NCBI GenBank assembly: GCA_964518565.1
Contig: CAZFGX010000001.1
Span: forward strand, 460,470 to 524,469
Length of the DNA: 64,000 bases
Reading direction: 5' to 3'
Source of the DNA: an uncultured Gammaproteobacteria bacterium
GTDB taxonomy: Bacteria; Patescibacteriota; Microgenomatia; CAZETR01; Amesbacteraceae
A program made the translations under genes and the position numbers. This document shows positions 1-9,734 of this stretch, one piece after another (within the stretch, counting starts at the first letter, position 1; the number at the start of each line of letters is the position of its first letter). Below the pieces are notes generated by a model that worked only from the letters and a program-made list of their open reading frames with translations, searched no databases and was not told where the DNA came from.

Positions 1-356
1 TGGCCATGGTGGGGGATGGCATAAACGATGCTCCAGCTCTGGCAACTGCTGATGTGGGCATAGCAATGGGTGCTGGTACAGATGTAGCCATCGAAGCCGC
101 AGATATTACGCTCATGAATAAAGATTTACACTCAGTAGTCTCGGCTATCGAGCTATCCAAAAAAACTATGAACACCATCAAGACAAACCTATTGTGGGCT
201 TTCGGCTACAATATTATTCTCATCCCCATCGCCGCCGGTTTATTGTATCCCGCGTTTAATATACTTTTGAGTCCAGTCTTGGCCGGTGCCGCCATGGCGA
301 TCAGCTCCGTGTCTGTGGTGACCAATTCACTCCTCCTACGCAAGGCAAAAATCTAA
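1..356 (+). CDS. copA: Cu(I)-type P1B ATPase, C-terminal part (cut by window edge)
   Basis: [11 protein letters not shown] hinge, WAFGYN and AMAISSVSV (YN / MxxSS P1B-1 motifs). Confidence 0.9.
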   Translation, partial: AMVGDGINDAPALATADVGIAMGAGTDVAIEAADITLMNKDLHSVVSAIELSKKTMNTIKTNLLWAFGYNIILIPIAAGLLYPAFNILLSPVLAGAAMAISSVSVVTNSLLLRKAKI

Positions 357-1061
357 TATTTCTGTTGCATAAGCCGGAAAAAAATGTTTAAAACTATGTC
401 CGGCCCCTTCTATCACTTTTTTATGGCTATCAGCATTTGTGTATGCCTCTAATAGTTCGTCTTGTGCAGACAGGGGAACAATATCGTCTAAGCTACCTTG
501 TAGTAATAAAATTTCGCCCTGGAATTTTTTAGCAGATTCTCTAAGTACTTCTTTTGGTGGACAGGTCGAAAGAATTGGCTTGGTAGACGAGCTCGATCCA
601 ATTCCACTACCACACAAAACTATCTTTTTGATTTTGGGTAAAATTCCAGACAAAGTACTCAATACAGTTCCACCAATAGAATTTGCCAATACCCACAAAT
701 TTACATCATCCCTTTTTATACCAAACAGCTCATTACTTTGATCCAAAATAAGATGAATAGCATCACAAATATCAGCGGCTTCTTGTTGAAAAGTTTTGTT
801 TTCAAAAGCCAAGATTTGAGTATTTCTACCTTCGATTGAATAAACAGACCAATCTCGAGATGAAGAAAATTGCACCGAATGTGCCATGCCACTTTTAATA
901 ATTTTATTATTCAAATATCTAGACTTTGAACCCTTATCACCGGTGATTCCGTATGCTCCATGAATTTGGAACAAAATATTAGTAGTTGGCTGCTTAGATT
1001 TCGTAACGATTAATTTCGTAAAAGACTTGTAGTTTCCTTTAATAAAAATGGTTGAACTCAT
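336..1061 (-). CDS. alpha/beta hydrolase
   Basis: HGAYG oxyanion region, ANSIGG nucleophile elbow, DDIVP Asp, GAGHSF His. Confidence 0.75.
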   Translation of the reverse strand: MSSTIFIKGNYKSFTKLIVTKSKQPTTNILFQIHGAYGITGDKGSKSRYLNNKIIKSGMAHSVQFSSSRDWSVYSIEGRNTQILAFENKTFQQEAADICDAIHLILDQSNELFGIKRDDVNLWVLANSIGGTVLSTLSGILPKIKKIVLCGSGIGSSSSTKPILSTCPPKEVLRESAKKFQGEILLLQGSLDDIVPLSAQDELLEAYTNADSHKKVIEGAGHSFKHFFPAYATEILDFCLA

Positions 1062-1486
1062 TTTCCACTTTTGTTTTCCAGATACTTCTCAATCAAAGCA
1101 ATATGTTCGACATCTTTTGGTCTGTTCATCATCTTCTTCCATTTTAATACTTGTTCCAGTTGCACAAACCGAACACCTTCCACTACTTCAGCGTTATCAA
1201 TCAATTCATTTATATTCCATTCTCCTGGACCCCAAGAATTAAAAATTTCAATCTCTCCTTCAAATAGTTCGACTACAAGTGCATTTCCAGATCTGGCAGC
1301 TACAGGAGTAGCCAGTGTAGTAGCTTTTTCCCATGCCTGGCCTCGAGCAACGATATCTATATCATGACCCAAATCTTTTAATCCGTGAGCAAACATCGAC
1401 CCACTACCAAAAATTGCAAAGTCTTCGGTTGGCAAACCCAGTGTTATCAGTTTGTTAAAAATAGGATTACTTGCCAAAACAGCCAT
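1058..1486 (-). CDS. small Pol-beta-type nucleotidyltransferase-like protein
   Basis: FGSG...DIDIV motif, C-terminal RPKD; ATGA overlap with the hydrolase gene. Confidence 0.6.
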   Translation of the reverse strand: MAVLASNPIFNKLITLGLPTEDFAIFGSGSMFAHGLKDLGHDIDIVARGQAWEKATTLATPVAARSGNALVVELFEGEIEIFNSWGPGEWNINELIDNAEVVEGVRFVQLEQVLKWKKMMNRPKDVEHIALIEKYLENKSGK

Positions 1487-1499
1487 TTATACGAACCTA

Positions 1500-1910
1500 T
1501 TATAATCCACTTTCATTAACAAACTGTTTTAAAAACTCTCTGTCTTCTTTTACAGCCATTTGATTTATTGCATCATCAATATCAAACCAACTATATTGTT
1601 CTTCGGCTTTTTGATGAAAATCGATTCTGTCAGAGTCAATTAGATACATATGAATATCTTTTTCCACAAAAGTACCATCCCTCTCTGTCGAAGTTCTACT
1701 GTAGACTCCTATCTTTTTAACGATTTTCAATTCGGTTAATCCTGTCTCTTCGGACACCTCCCTCAATGCTGCTTGTTCAGGACTTTCTCCTTCTTCAACA
1801 TGGCCTTTGGGAAAGCCCAATCCTTTGATATGGGTATAGATAGTTAAAAGTATTTGTTTGCTTGGCTTATATCTAATAACGATCCCGCCTGCAGATGTTA
1901 CTTTTTTCAT
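1500..1910 (-). CDS. NUDIX hydrolase
   Basis: GHVEEGESPEQAALREVSEETG Nudix box. Confidence 0.92.
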   Translation of the reverse strand: MKKVTSAGGIVIRYKPSKQILLTIYTHIKGLGFPKGHVEEGESPEQAALREVSEETGLTELKIVKKIGVYSRTSTERDGTFVEKDIHMYLIDSDRIDFHQKAEEQYSWFDIDDAINQMAVKEDREFLKQFVNESGL

Positions 1911-2016
1911 ATTACCTTTGGGGTCGTTTACCGAACGACGTTAGAACTTATTACAGCAATATATCAGGCAAAGAATCAGAGTTCTACAAAAACGCATTCA
2001 GCAGTTTGTAATAATA

Positions 2017-2463
2017 ATGTCCGATAATGATAAAATTCGAGCTATGGCAAAAATTGATGCTGTTCAAAGATTTAAATACCTGATCTTCTCGGAGAATCCT
2101 GACACTCTTCTAAAGTTCTATACGGATGGTTTGGGATTTGAAGTAGAAAGAAAGGTAGAAGAACCGTTGGACTATGGTTACTTCATTCGGCTATCAGCTC
2201 GTCTGCAGCTGTTCATCGGTCGACACTCGGAAATACTAGGTCAAAATAAAGACTCACTTAGACACATTTTTGATCTATGTGTAGATTCGGTGAATCAAAC
2301 TTGGGAAAAGATAAAAGACACTCCAGGATTACAAGTTATAGCTGAGCCATTTGACGCTCCTTGCTCTCGTGTAGCAACCTTTGCTGATCCAGAAGGCAAT
2401 ACCTGGCAAATATCAGAACTTATGGCCTGTGAGCTTTGTAAGCCTGAGGAAAAGAAGAACTAA
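2017..2463 (+). CDS. VOC/glyoxalase-family protein with C-terminal CxxC
   Basis: FY..GLGF and FADPEGN motifs; ends ACELCKPEEKKN. Confidence 0.8.
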   Translation: MSDNDKIRAMAKIDAVQRFKYLIFSENPDTLLKFYTDGLGFEVERKVEEPLDYGYFIRLSARLQLFIGRHSEILGQNKDSLRHIFDLCVDSVNQTWEKIKDTPGLQVIAEPFDAPCSRVATFADPEGNTWQISELMACELCKPEEKKN

Positions 2464-2554
2464 CTGGGAAAGATAAAAGAAATATAGAATGCTGGGACAT
2501 TGTTTACTAAGTGTGAACTTAGCCTATATTCTTTTACCTTTCCCTTCGGTCGTA

Positions 2555-3166
2555 TTACGGCATATTCATTTCGGACATGTTGTGATGATGAAGATTTGGG
2601 GTTGAATCTGTCTGGGGAAGAGCCATGCTCATCATAGCTGCGAACATAATTGCCATAGCAAATCCCATTGCGACATGTGCAATGTCTCCTAACTTTCCTG
2701 GATAGCTCGAGCCCTTGGTGAAGTCTTGAATAACTTGGTAGATATAGAAAGCAGTGAAGGGGAGATAGAAGGCGATACCAGCCAAGTAAAAAAGAGCGTC
2801 AACACCAGGCACGAACATCACAGTCATCAAAACATTTAAGATCCAATGAACTGGATCCCACCAGGTTGGATAATTGTGTTTTGATGAATGTCGAATGAAA
2901 ACCCGCACGGCAAAGAAGATGGCGCAGAAGCCATAGACAGCTGCCCAGATTTGCCAAGGTCCATACGACTTGAGCACTCCAACCATGTTCAATCCCATAA
3001 CTGCCATTCCGATTCCATGACCTCCATGCCCCAACCAATCAGCCCAGAAATCAAAATGCTTCAATTCCGAGCGCATAAACAATCGACACACATAGATCAC
3101 CGTGACTGCAACAGACAAAAGAGCTGCAAGGCGTAAGAAAAACAATTCCAAGGGTGTTGTTCCCAT
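2555..3166 (-). CDS. His/Met-rich polytopic membrane protein (DUF5134-like)
   Basis: several TM helices with repeated H..M..M patterns, HHHNM tail, AGGAG SD upstream. Confidence 0.6.
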   Translation of the reverse strand: MGTTPLELFFLRLAALLSVAVTVIYVCRLFMRSELKHFDFWADWLGHGGHGIGMAVMGLNMVGVLKSYGPWQIWAAVYGFCAIFFAVRVFIRHSSKHNYPTWWDPVHWILNVLMTVMFVPGVDALFYLAGIAFYLPFTAFYIYQVIQDFTKGSSYPGKLGDIAHVAMGFAMAIMFAAMMSMALPQTDSTPNLHHHNMSEMNMP

Positions 3167-3269
3167 TTAAAATCTCCTATTTGAATTTCGACCGAATTTT
3201 TAAGGTGCCGAAAGCGCCAGTCACTCGCAATGAGTGCGTTAACTTAAAGCGCCTTACCAATAAAGATGG

Positions 3270-4430
3270 CTAGTCTGAATCCCAGTTCAGATAAGTATCT
3301 TTATGGCTTGTGCTGGGCAGGACAATTTCTCGAAGAGAGCGTATCAAACGATCAACATCTTCTTTTGAAGTATAAATTTGCATGCTTACTCGAACTGAGT
3401 CTGCAAACTCGCTATTGGGATCCATACACATCTTTCCAGTTCGGACATAAACCCCGAATTCACTCAATCCAAACCCAATATCATCACTAGACAGACCAGT
3501 TATTTTGAATGACACAATTCCATATCCAACTGCACATTTTGCAAGTGCTACTCCTGGCAAGAATTCAATCGCATTAATGGTCCTTAATTGCTCAACCAAA
3601 TAATGAGTAAGCTCAAATTGTTGCTGAGATATGGCTTCAACTCCAATCCTCTCCATAAAGCTGATTGCTGCTTTCAAACCAATAATTCCAGACAGGTTGA
3701 GAGTGCCAACTTCTTTAAACAATCTTTCATCACGTCTGGAGTAAAGTATTCCAATTCCAGTGGGGGCAAACATCTTGTGTCCAGAGAAATATACAAAATC
3801 AGCTCCAAGATCATCTACACGAACCACTACCTTTCCTATACTTTGACTACAATCAACAATAATTCTAATCGATGGATCAATCTGATCTTTTATGTCTTTA
3901 AAAGTTGTCTTAGTTCCAAAAACATGATGAATATGTGTACCAATAATAAGACGTGTTTTGGAACTTACTTTCTTTAGCAGGTCATGTTTGTCTACTTCAC
4001 CTATGGCATTCGTCTTGTAGGCAACGAGATTTATATTAGCTCCATAACTATTTAAAATATTTTGTACTTCAATCCATGGTTCAATCGTCGATTTATGATC
4101 CTGATCACAATATAAAATCTCATCTCCATCTTTCAAGTTAGTAAGACCCCATTTGCAAGCAATTAAATGTGCACTTTCGCTTGCTCCAGAAGTAAAAAAT
4201 ACATGAGTTTGATCCTCAGATCCAATGAAATTATCCACCATCTTTCTTGTCTCTAATACTTCTTTCGTAATTTGATTTGCCCAACTATAGCTTCCACGGT
4301 CTGCGTTGGCGGTTTCACTTGTTAAATAAACAGAAACAGCATCCGAAACTATCTTTGGAACTTGTGTCAGCGCTCCGCTGTCTAAGTAGCAAATACTCGA
4401 ATCGGCAATTGCTGGAAAGTCTTGTTTCAT
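3270..4430 (-). CDS. class V aminotransferase / SufS-like cysteine desulfurase
   Basis: YLDSGA, FSGHKMFAPTGIG (PLP Lys), RTGKMC catalytic Cys; start moved to MKQDF by ATGA overlap. Confidence 0.85.
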   Translation of the reverse strand: MKQDFPAIADSSICYLDSGALTQVPKIVSDAVSVYLTSETANADRGSYSWANQITKEVLETRKMVDNFIGSEDQTHVFFTSGASESAHLIACKWGLTNLKDGDEILYCDQDHKSTIEPWIEVQNILNSYGANINLVAYKTNAIGEVDKHDLLKKVSSKTRLIIGTHIHHVFGTKTTFKDIKDQIDPSIRIIVDCSQSIGKVVVRVDDLGADFVYFSGHKMFAPTGIGILYSRRDERLFKEVGTLNLSGIIGLKAAISFMERIGVEAISQQQFELTHYLVEQLRTINAIEFLPGVALAKCAVGYGIVSFKITGLSSDDIGFGLSEFGVYVRTGKMCMDPNSEFADSVRVSMQIYTSKEDVDRLIRSLREIVLPSTSHKDTYLNWDSD

Positions 4431-5728
4431 GATGTTTTCTCCATAACCAGTCCAGCATCTCGCCAAGAGGTAATTCCGCCAGATAAATTAACTGCCATAT
4501 ACGACTTATCAATAAAGCGTGCAGCTATCTTTCTAGAAAGCTCGCCGGTAGGACAAACAAAAAGCAATTCAGTCGATTTGGGGAAGGGTAGTCCACGAGA
4601 CAGCATTTCTTCTAATGTGTCATTTGGAATGTTGATAGAGCCTGGTACATGTCCCATGCGATACCCCAGATTGGTACGGATATCTATTACAAGTTTGTTT
4701 GGTACTTTTAACCATTCTTCAACTTGCAATGGCAGTAGTTCCTTGACTGCAACATTGCTCAAATCATTTATTTGCTCTTTGCTAATCCCACCAAATAAAT
4801 CTGGTCTTCTCTTTTGGTAATAAGACATGTACCATTCAAACCGATCACTGACAATAAATACTGCCTTCTTTCGAGAAACTAAATTTCGATCCAATTTGCT
4901 TAAATACTCAAGAGCGCCTGCATATCCTGCCCCACTAGTCGGTCCTCCCATGATGCCACTTTTACGAATTAAATTTACAGAGGCTTCAATGCTTATCTTC
5001 GAGTTTATTATTAGTATCTGATCATAAAATTCTTTCTCAAACAGACCTACTTCCCACATCTCACTTTCAGATCGAATGCCTGGAATAAAGTCGTCACTTC
5101 CAGAGACGATTCCTATCGTCTCCAGTTGAGGATTTTTCTCCTTTAAGAATTGCGCAGTTCCACGAGTAGATCCAGAAGTACCTAGACCTCCAAAGAAATA
5201 ATCAACATTTCCTATATCAGCATAAATCTCAGGACCAGTCGATTTGTAATGGGTTTTAATATTCTTTTCATTGGTATATTGAGAAGCATGATAATAGTGA
5301 TCAGGATTTACAGAAAGCTTTTTGGCTATGACCGAACTGACATCATTTTCTACTGTAGGATCAGGACACTCTGACAGGCCTGGCAATTCTTCAAAAGTAG
5401 CTCCAATAAATTGAACAATTTGTTTCACTTCCAAGACCTTAAATCGGTTTGTCACAATCTCAAGGTGCAAACCATAAATTGATGCTAAGGCTTGAAGTGC
5501 CTTTGCAGTATTTCCACTGGAAGCTTCAATAAAAGTTCTTTTTTCTTTTTGAATCTTTTGAATATCATCTTTAATCATCCCCCATGCGATACGATCTTTT
5601 ACAGATCCAAATGGGTTGTAATACTCAAGTTTGGCGTACAAATCAATATTTTTTAATCCGTGGACAGCTGGATCAATAAGCAAGAGTGGAGTATTTCCAA
5701 TAAGTTCAGTTATGTGTTTGTAAACCAT
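4427..5728 (-). CDS. cysteine-synthase-family PLP enzyme fused to C-terminal rhodanese
   Basis: AKLEYYNPFGSVKDR, EASSGNT; GHVPGSINIP and CPTGELS rhodanese motifs. Confidence 0.88.
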   Translation of the reverse strand: MVYKHITELIGNTPLLLIDPAVHGLKNIDLYAKLEYYNPFGSVKDRIAWGMIKDDIQKIQKEKRTFIEASSGNTAKALQALASIYGLHLEIVTNRFKVLEVKQIVQFIGATFEELPGLSECPDPTVENDVSSVIAKKLSVNPDHYYHASQYTNEKNIKTHYKSTGPEIYADIGNVDYFFGGLGTSGSTRGTAQFLKEKNPQLETIGIVSGSDDFIPGIRSESEMWEVGLFEKEFYDQILIINSKISIEASVNLIRKSGIMGGPTSGAGYAGALEYLSKLDRNLVSRKKAVFIVSDRFEWYMSYYQKRRPDLFGGISKEQINDLSNVAVKELLPLQVEEWLKVPNKLVIDIRTNLGYRMGHVPGSINIPNDTLEEMLSRGLPFPKSTELLFVCPTGELSRKIAARFIDKSYMAVNLSGGITSWRDAGLVMEKTS

Positions 5729-5731
5729 GCT

Positions 5732-7144
5732 TTAAATAGGTAAATAATGTTCGTCTAAATACCAACAGAATCTGTCACCATCCTCAACGACAGCAACCTT
5801 TTTTAATTTTGGTTGCATCAATGCTTCACTGGCTGAAAGATCCATTTGGTAAGCTGCTGTATTTATAAACATGACTAGATCGCCTGGCTGAGGGATTTTT
5901 GATACAAATGTCTTGTGACTGTAAATAAGATTTTTTTCCAAGCAAAGATTTCCAGCAAAAAAGATGCCATGTTCACCTGATTCATATTCTTCGTCTGGTT
6001 GCCGATAGAGGATGACTGGATCTAACAAAATAGCTTGATCGGCTGGTACCAAGTCGTCTCGTTTGATATTGAGATGAACAAGAATCTCTCCTGAAGTGCC
6101 GTATTTTATTGATTCAACTTGTGAGACTGTAATTCCCACATGATCCAACAAGGCCTTACCCGGCTCGATATAAAGGTTAGCCATCGAGTCTTTAAGAAGT
6201 GATTGAGTATCTCCAGAATGCGTGTTTAATTGGCTTGTAAGAAGCGTAGTCAATTGTTCGTAACCTTTTGACTGATTGGCATAACGATGGAAGGTTGGAA
6301 TACCTTCCAAACGATCGTTTGTCTGTCGATATCCAAATGTTACCCCTGGCCAATGTAGAGCTTCAGATTGGCCCAGAATCCCTAATTTGAGAGCTGTTGA
6401 ATATTTATCTAGATCATTTGTATCTTCTAAGAAGACTTGCCTAAACCCTCCACCAATATCAATAATTGACGGTGAAAATCCTCTGTTTTGAAGCTCTTCC
6501 AAAACAGAAAAACATTGTTCAATTGCAGTAAGTCTCTCCTTTGCCTCAGAGGTATCTAAATGAAATGACAACCCTTTGAGATCAATACAATTAGAGTAAG
6601 TATTTAATAGAGTAATTGCAGCATCAAGATCTTTTATTGGAATCCCAAATCGACTGGGTTTATGGGAAGAAGAAAAGCCTGATAGACGCAAAAGTAATGG
6701 CTGTTTTGTTTGAAGTTTGCTCGCTAATTTAGAGACGTACTCCAACTCAATAAGACTGTCTATGCTGATCAGAACGGAGTGAGAAACTGCGAGATATAAA
6801 TATTCTTTATTCTTGGGGCCAGTCGCCAATATCTTGTTTCCTCTAAATCCGCACGACAGTGCATGTTTTAATTCGTTGGCCGACGCAACGTCTACATAGA
6901 TTTCATCTAAATGAGCCTGACGAACAAGAGCTGACGACTGATTGGCTTTGTGGGCATAATAAACCCTTCCTGACAAAGCAAGATTATTGAAGACACTTTT
7001 AAACTCCTCAATATTCTCAGAAAATATCTGAGGGAAAACAATATTTAGGGAACCACCCATGCATTGAACAAGGTTAATAAGTGCCTCTTTTTCAGCAATG
7101 AAACGAGAAACAATAGAGTGAATTTTGGGTTGCAAACGCAACAT
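5732..7144 (-). CDS. fold-type III PLP decarboxylase (DAP decarboxylase/Y4yA-like)
   Basis: YAHKAN, DIGGGF, EPGKAL, GNLCLE motifs. Confidence 0.82.
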   Translation of the reverse strand: MLRLQPKIHSIVSRFIAEKEALINLVQCMGGSLNIVFPQIFSENIEEFKSVFNNLALSGRVYYAHKANQSSALVRQAHLDEIYVDVASANELKHALSCGFRGNKILATGPKNKEYLYLAVSHSVLISIDSLIELEYVSKLASKLQTKQPLLLRLSGFSSSHKPSRFGIPIKDLDAAITLLNTYSNCIDLKGLSFHLDTSEAKERLTAIEQCFSVLEELQNRGFSPSIIDIGGGFRQVFLEDTNDLDKYSTALKLGILGQSEALHWPGVTFGYRQTNDRLEGIPTFHRYANQSKGYEQLTTLLTSQLNTHSGDTQSLLKDSMANLYIEPGKALLDHVGITVSQVESIKYGTSGEILVHLNIKRDDLVPADQAILLDPVILYRQPDEEYESGEHGIFFAGNLCLEKNLIYSHKTFVSKIPQPGDLVMFINTAAYQMDLSASEALMQPKLKKVAVVEDGDRFCWYLDEHYLPI

Positions 7145-7202
7145 ATGACAAACAAAATAAATAAAACCTACTTAGGTTAATAAGATCTGACGAAGTTGAT
7201 AG

Positions 7203-7667
7203 TTAGGAAGAAAAAGGAGGAGATCTGGGACTTTGAAGAGAGAATAATGGCTCAATAAATAGTTCAGGTGACTCATCTGTCACGTCAGGGTTAAAACTTT
7301 GTTCTGGAAGCTCAAGCAGGGCTATATTAGTATCAGTCGTTGCTGGTGCACAGCAAGGATGAGAAGTTGCATGGTCGCCATGGTCGGCATGTGCATCTAC
7401 TCGAGATAATAAGTAGCCTGGGATAACATGAGTAGTCAGAATGCCAGCAAGAATCAGATATGTGGTGACCTTCTTTGGAGATTTAAACGCCAATATGGCA
7501 AAACCGCCCAAAATAGCTATAGAAGTCATTAAAGCTAGTACTGACGACTTTGAACTTTGGGTAGTCGAAACAGTATGCATCTGGCCATGCTCCATAGCAC
7601 TGGCCTGAATAGGAGAGATGAAGAAGAGTCCAAAAAGTGTCAATAATAGTGCCAGTTTCTTATTCAT
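7203..7667 (-). CDS. exported/membrane His-Cys-rich protein with C-terminal RSPP (RAPP-like) motif
   Basis: signal peptide, 2 TM segments, HADHGDHATSHPCC, ends PRSPPFSS. Confidence 0.65.
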   Translation of the reverse strand: MNKKLALLLTLFGLFFISPIQASAMEHGQMHTVSTTQSSKSSVLALMTSIAILGGFAILAFKSPKKVTTYLILAGILTTHVIPGYLLSRVDAHADHGDHATSHPCCAPATTDTNIALLELPEQSFNPDVTDESPELFIEPLFSLQSPRSPPFSS

Positions 7668-7788
7668 GCTAACGCAATTGTATCTTATTGAAGCAATTTA
7701 TACAGAAAATCGGGTTCGTCTACTAATCGATGTTTAGAAGCTATTTATAGCATATATCTATAACAAAGATGGCAATGCTTAAGGCTGG

Positions 7789-8538
7789 CTATGCTTCTCT
7801 GATACCGAACATCTTAACAATGCGACTCTCGTCAATACCCAATACGTCATAAACCGTAATTTTTGAAAGCTTGCCAGTCTCTTCGTATGTTATTTCGGAA
7901 GTACGACCACGTACAAGCACAACTCTAGGCGGAACTTGCATCTTAGAAAGATTTGCAGCTATGTCAAATTGTTTTGGCGCAAGTAATGTGGGGTAAGACA
8001 TTGAGATGAGATAAACATTATCAGGTGCCTGGTCGGGTTTGCCCACGACACACAAAGAAGCCTTTGCACATATAGACTTTAATGCTTCGTTAACCTGCAC
8101 GTCAGTAAATTGTGCTGGTGTGTTAACACACAAAACTATAAGGTCATATTCAGAATAACATTTGGAATCCGAATATTTGGTTTGTTTTAGAAATTCAACA
8201 ATATCCCTAGTGCTTGCATGGTCATCTAGTGTAACTATTTCCATTTGCAATATTTTCAATCCTACTTGACCATCAATTACCACTTGTTTTGCAGCCATCA
8301 CATCTGGAGTGTTCGACTGTTTATTTGACTGCATAAAATACCTACTGTCGGGATCATACTCAATAACTCCCAGCAAGGCGATTGCTGCTTTAAACATTTC
8401 AAAAGCCCTCTTAAATTCTTGGTCCTTTAACTCTATCTCAGAATAAATCTGTGTCAGATACCAAAACGATTCAATTACCTGGCGAGGAGAATACCAGGAG
8501 TCTACCTCAAAAAGCACCTCCAGGTTATAGAAATGCAA
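7789..8538 (-). CDS. hypothetical protein (start uncertain)
   Basis: 249-aa ORF; weak PD...E motif. Confidence 0.55.
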   Translation of the reverse strand: MHFYNLEVLFEVDSWYSPRQVIESFWYLTQIYSEIELKDQEFKRAFEMFKAAIALLGVIEYDPDSRYFMQSNKQSNTPDVMAAKQVVIDGQVGLKILQMEIVTLDDHASTRDIVEFLKQTKYSDSKCYSEYDLIVLCVNTPAQFTDVQVNEALKSICAKASLCVVGKPDQAPDNVYLISMSYPTLLAPKQFDIAANLSKMQVPPRVVLVRGRTSEITYEETGKLSKITVYDVLGIDESRIVKMFGIREA

Positions 8539-9678
8539 TGGAAAAACGACAAGGGGAAAGAGATATTGTTCCAGTAGACGGGCAGTTTGTGTTAGTAAGA
8601 AAGCTTTTTGAAGAATATTTAACAGAGAAATATTCTGTTCAAAGTCTTTGTAGATATGCTGAAGAAATAGGTGTCAAAAACACCAGAGGCAATCCAATAA
8701 GCAAGACTCAGCTTTACAAGGTCCTTAGCGACCCATTTTATACGGGGGTCAGGTATGTTTATAAATAAAAACTCTACACGAACGGCATTCATGCCAGGAT
8801 GATAACTGATCAACAATTCGATCGAATACAAGAAATACTTAATCAAAGATCGCATCCGAGAGGATCTATTAGAAAAGATCTTTTAACTGGGATAATGAAA
8901 TGTGGTCAATGTGGAAGATCGATAATTGCAGATGTAAAGGTTAAAAAATATAAAAATGGTAAATCCCAAACATTCATTTACTATCGATGTAGTAAAAAAT
9001 GGAATGGGCAGAAGTGTCTTCAAAAGTATGTCACGTCTCAAGATTTAGACCGACAAATAAATGAGATTTTGGACAATATTCAGCTACCCACTCAAATTGT
9101 TGACTGGGCATTAAAGTGGCTAAAAGTTATCCATTCCCATCAGATTGAATCCAAAATGGCTCAATACAAATCTTTAGAGCAGTCATATCAACAGTGCAAT
9201 CTTAAATTGTCCAGGATAGTCGACCTCGCATTAGCAGAATTGATTACCACAGAGGAAGCTATGGAAAAAAAAGAAGGAGCTAGAATCGAAAAAGGATGAT
9301 CTAAAAGAAAAGTTGGATAACATTGATTTGAGAGTAAATGAATGGAATAGTCTCGCTATAAATTCCTTTGAATTGGTAAAAAATATAAAACAGAAGTATG
9401 TCGAAGGAACCCCAGAACAAAAGAGAACAATTTTGCGGATTATTGGCTCGGACTTAAAGATCGTTAATAGAAAATTGGAAGTACAGCTCAGAACTCCATT
9501 TGAGTTAATTTCCAATAGTTTTAAAGAGATCGACAAAAATTTCAAGTTAGGACCCGATGATTTGGCCGATATGTCGGCCAATAGATTCGTTTCAGGAGAT
9601 CAAAAAAACATATGGGGTGGAAGACGGGACTTGAACCCGCAACCCCCAGATCCACAATCTGGTGCTCTAACCAATTGA
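8451..9678 (+). pseudogene. large serine recombinase remnant
   Basis: APPGY, DPFYTG recombinase domain, CGQCG..YYRC Zn ribbon and coiled coil; in-frame TAA at 8766-8768, frameshift in the A-run near 9265-9272, no catalytic N-domain; reads into tRNA-His. Confidence 0.85.
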
Positions 9679-9690
9679 GCTACATCCACC
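9613..9690 (-). tRNA. tRNA-His(GTG)
   Basis: cloverleaf, anticodon GTG, encoded G-1 and CCA. Confidence 0.95.
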
Positions 9691-9734
9691 GTAATGACCA
9701 ACTAGTCTATTTTACTAAAAAAACCCCTCTTTGA

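Larger units (their letters stand above)
1..9612. mobile_element. decayed genomic island ending at the tRNA-His 3' end (left boundary outside window or unresolved)
   Basis: recombinase remnant abutting the tRNA 3' end plus metal-related accessory cargo; second att copy not seen. Confidence 0.5.

Noticed and set aside
9265-9272. Programmed frameshift in the recombinase
   Set aside because: The gene also has a nonsense codon and lacks its catalytic domain, so decay is the simpler explanation.
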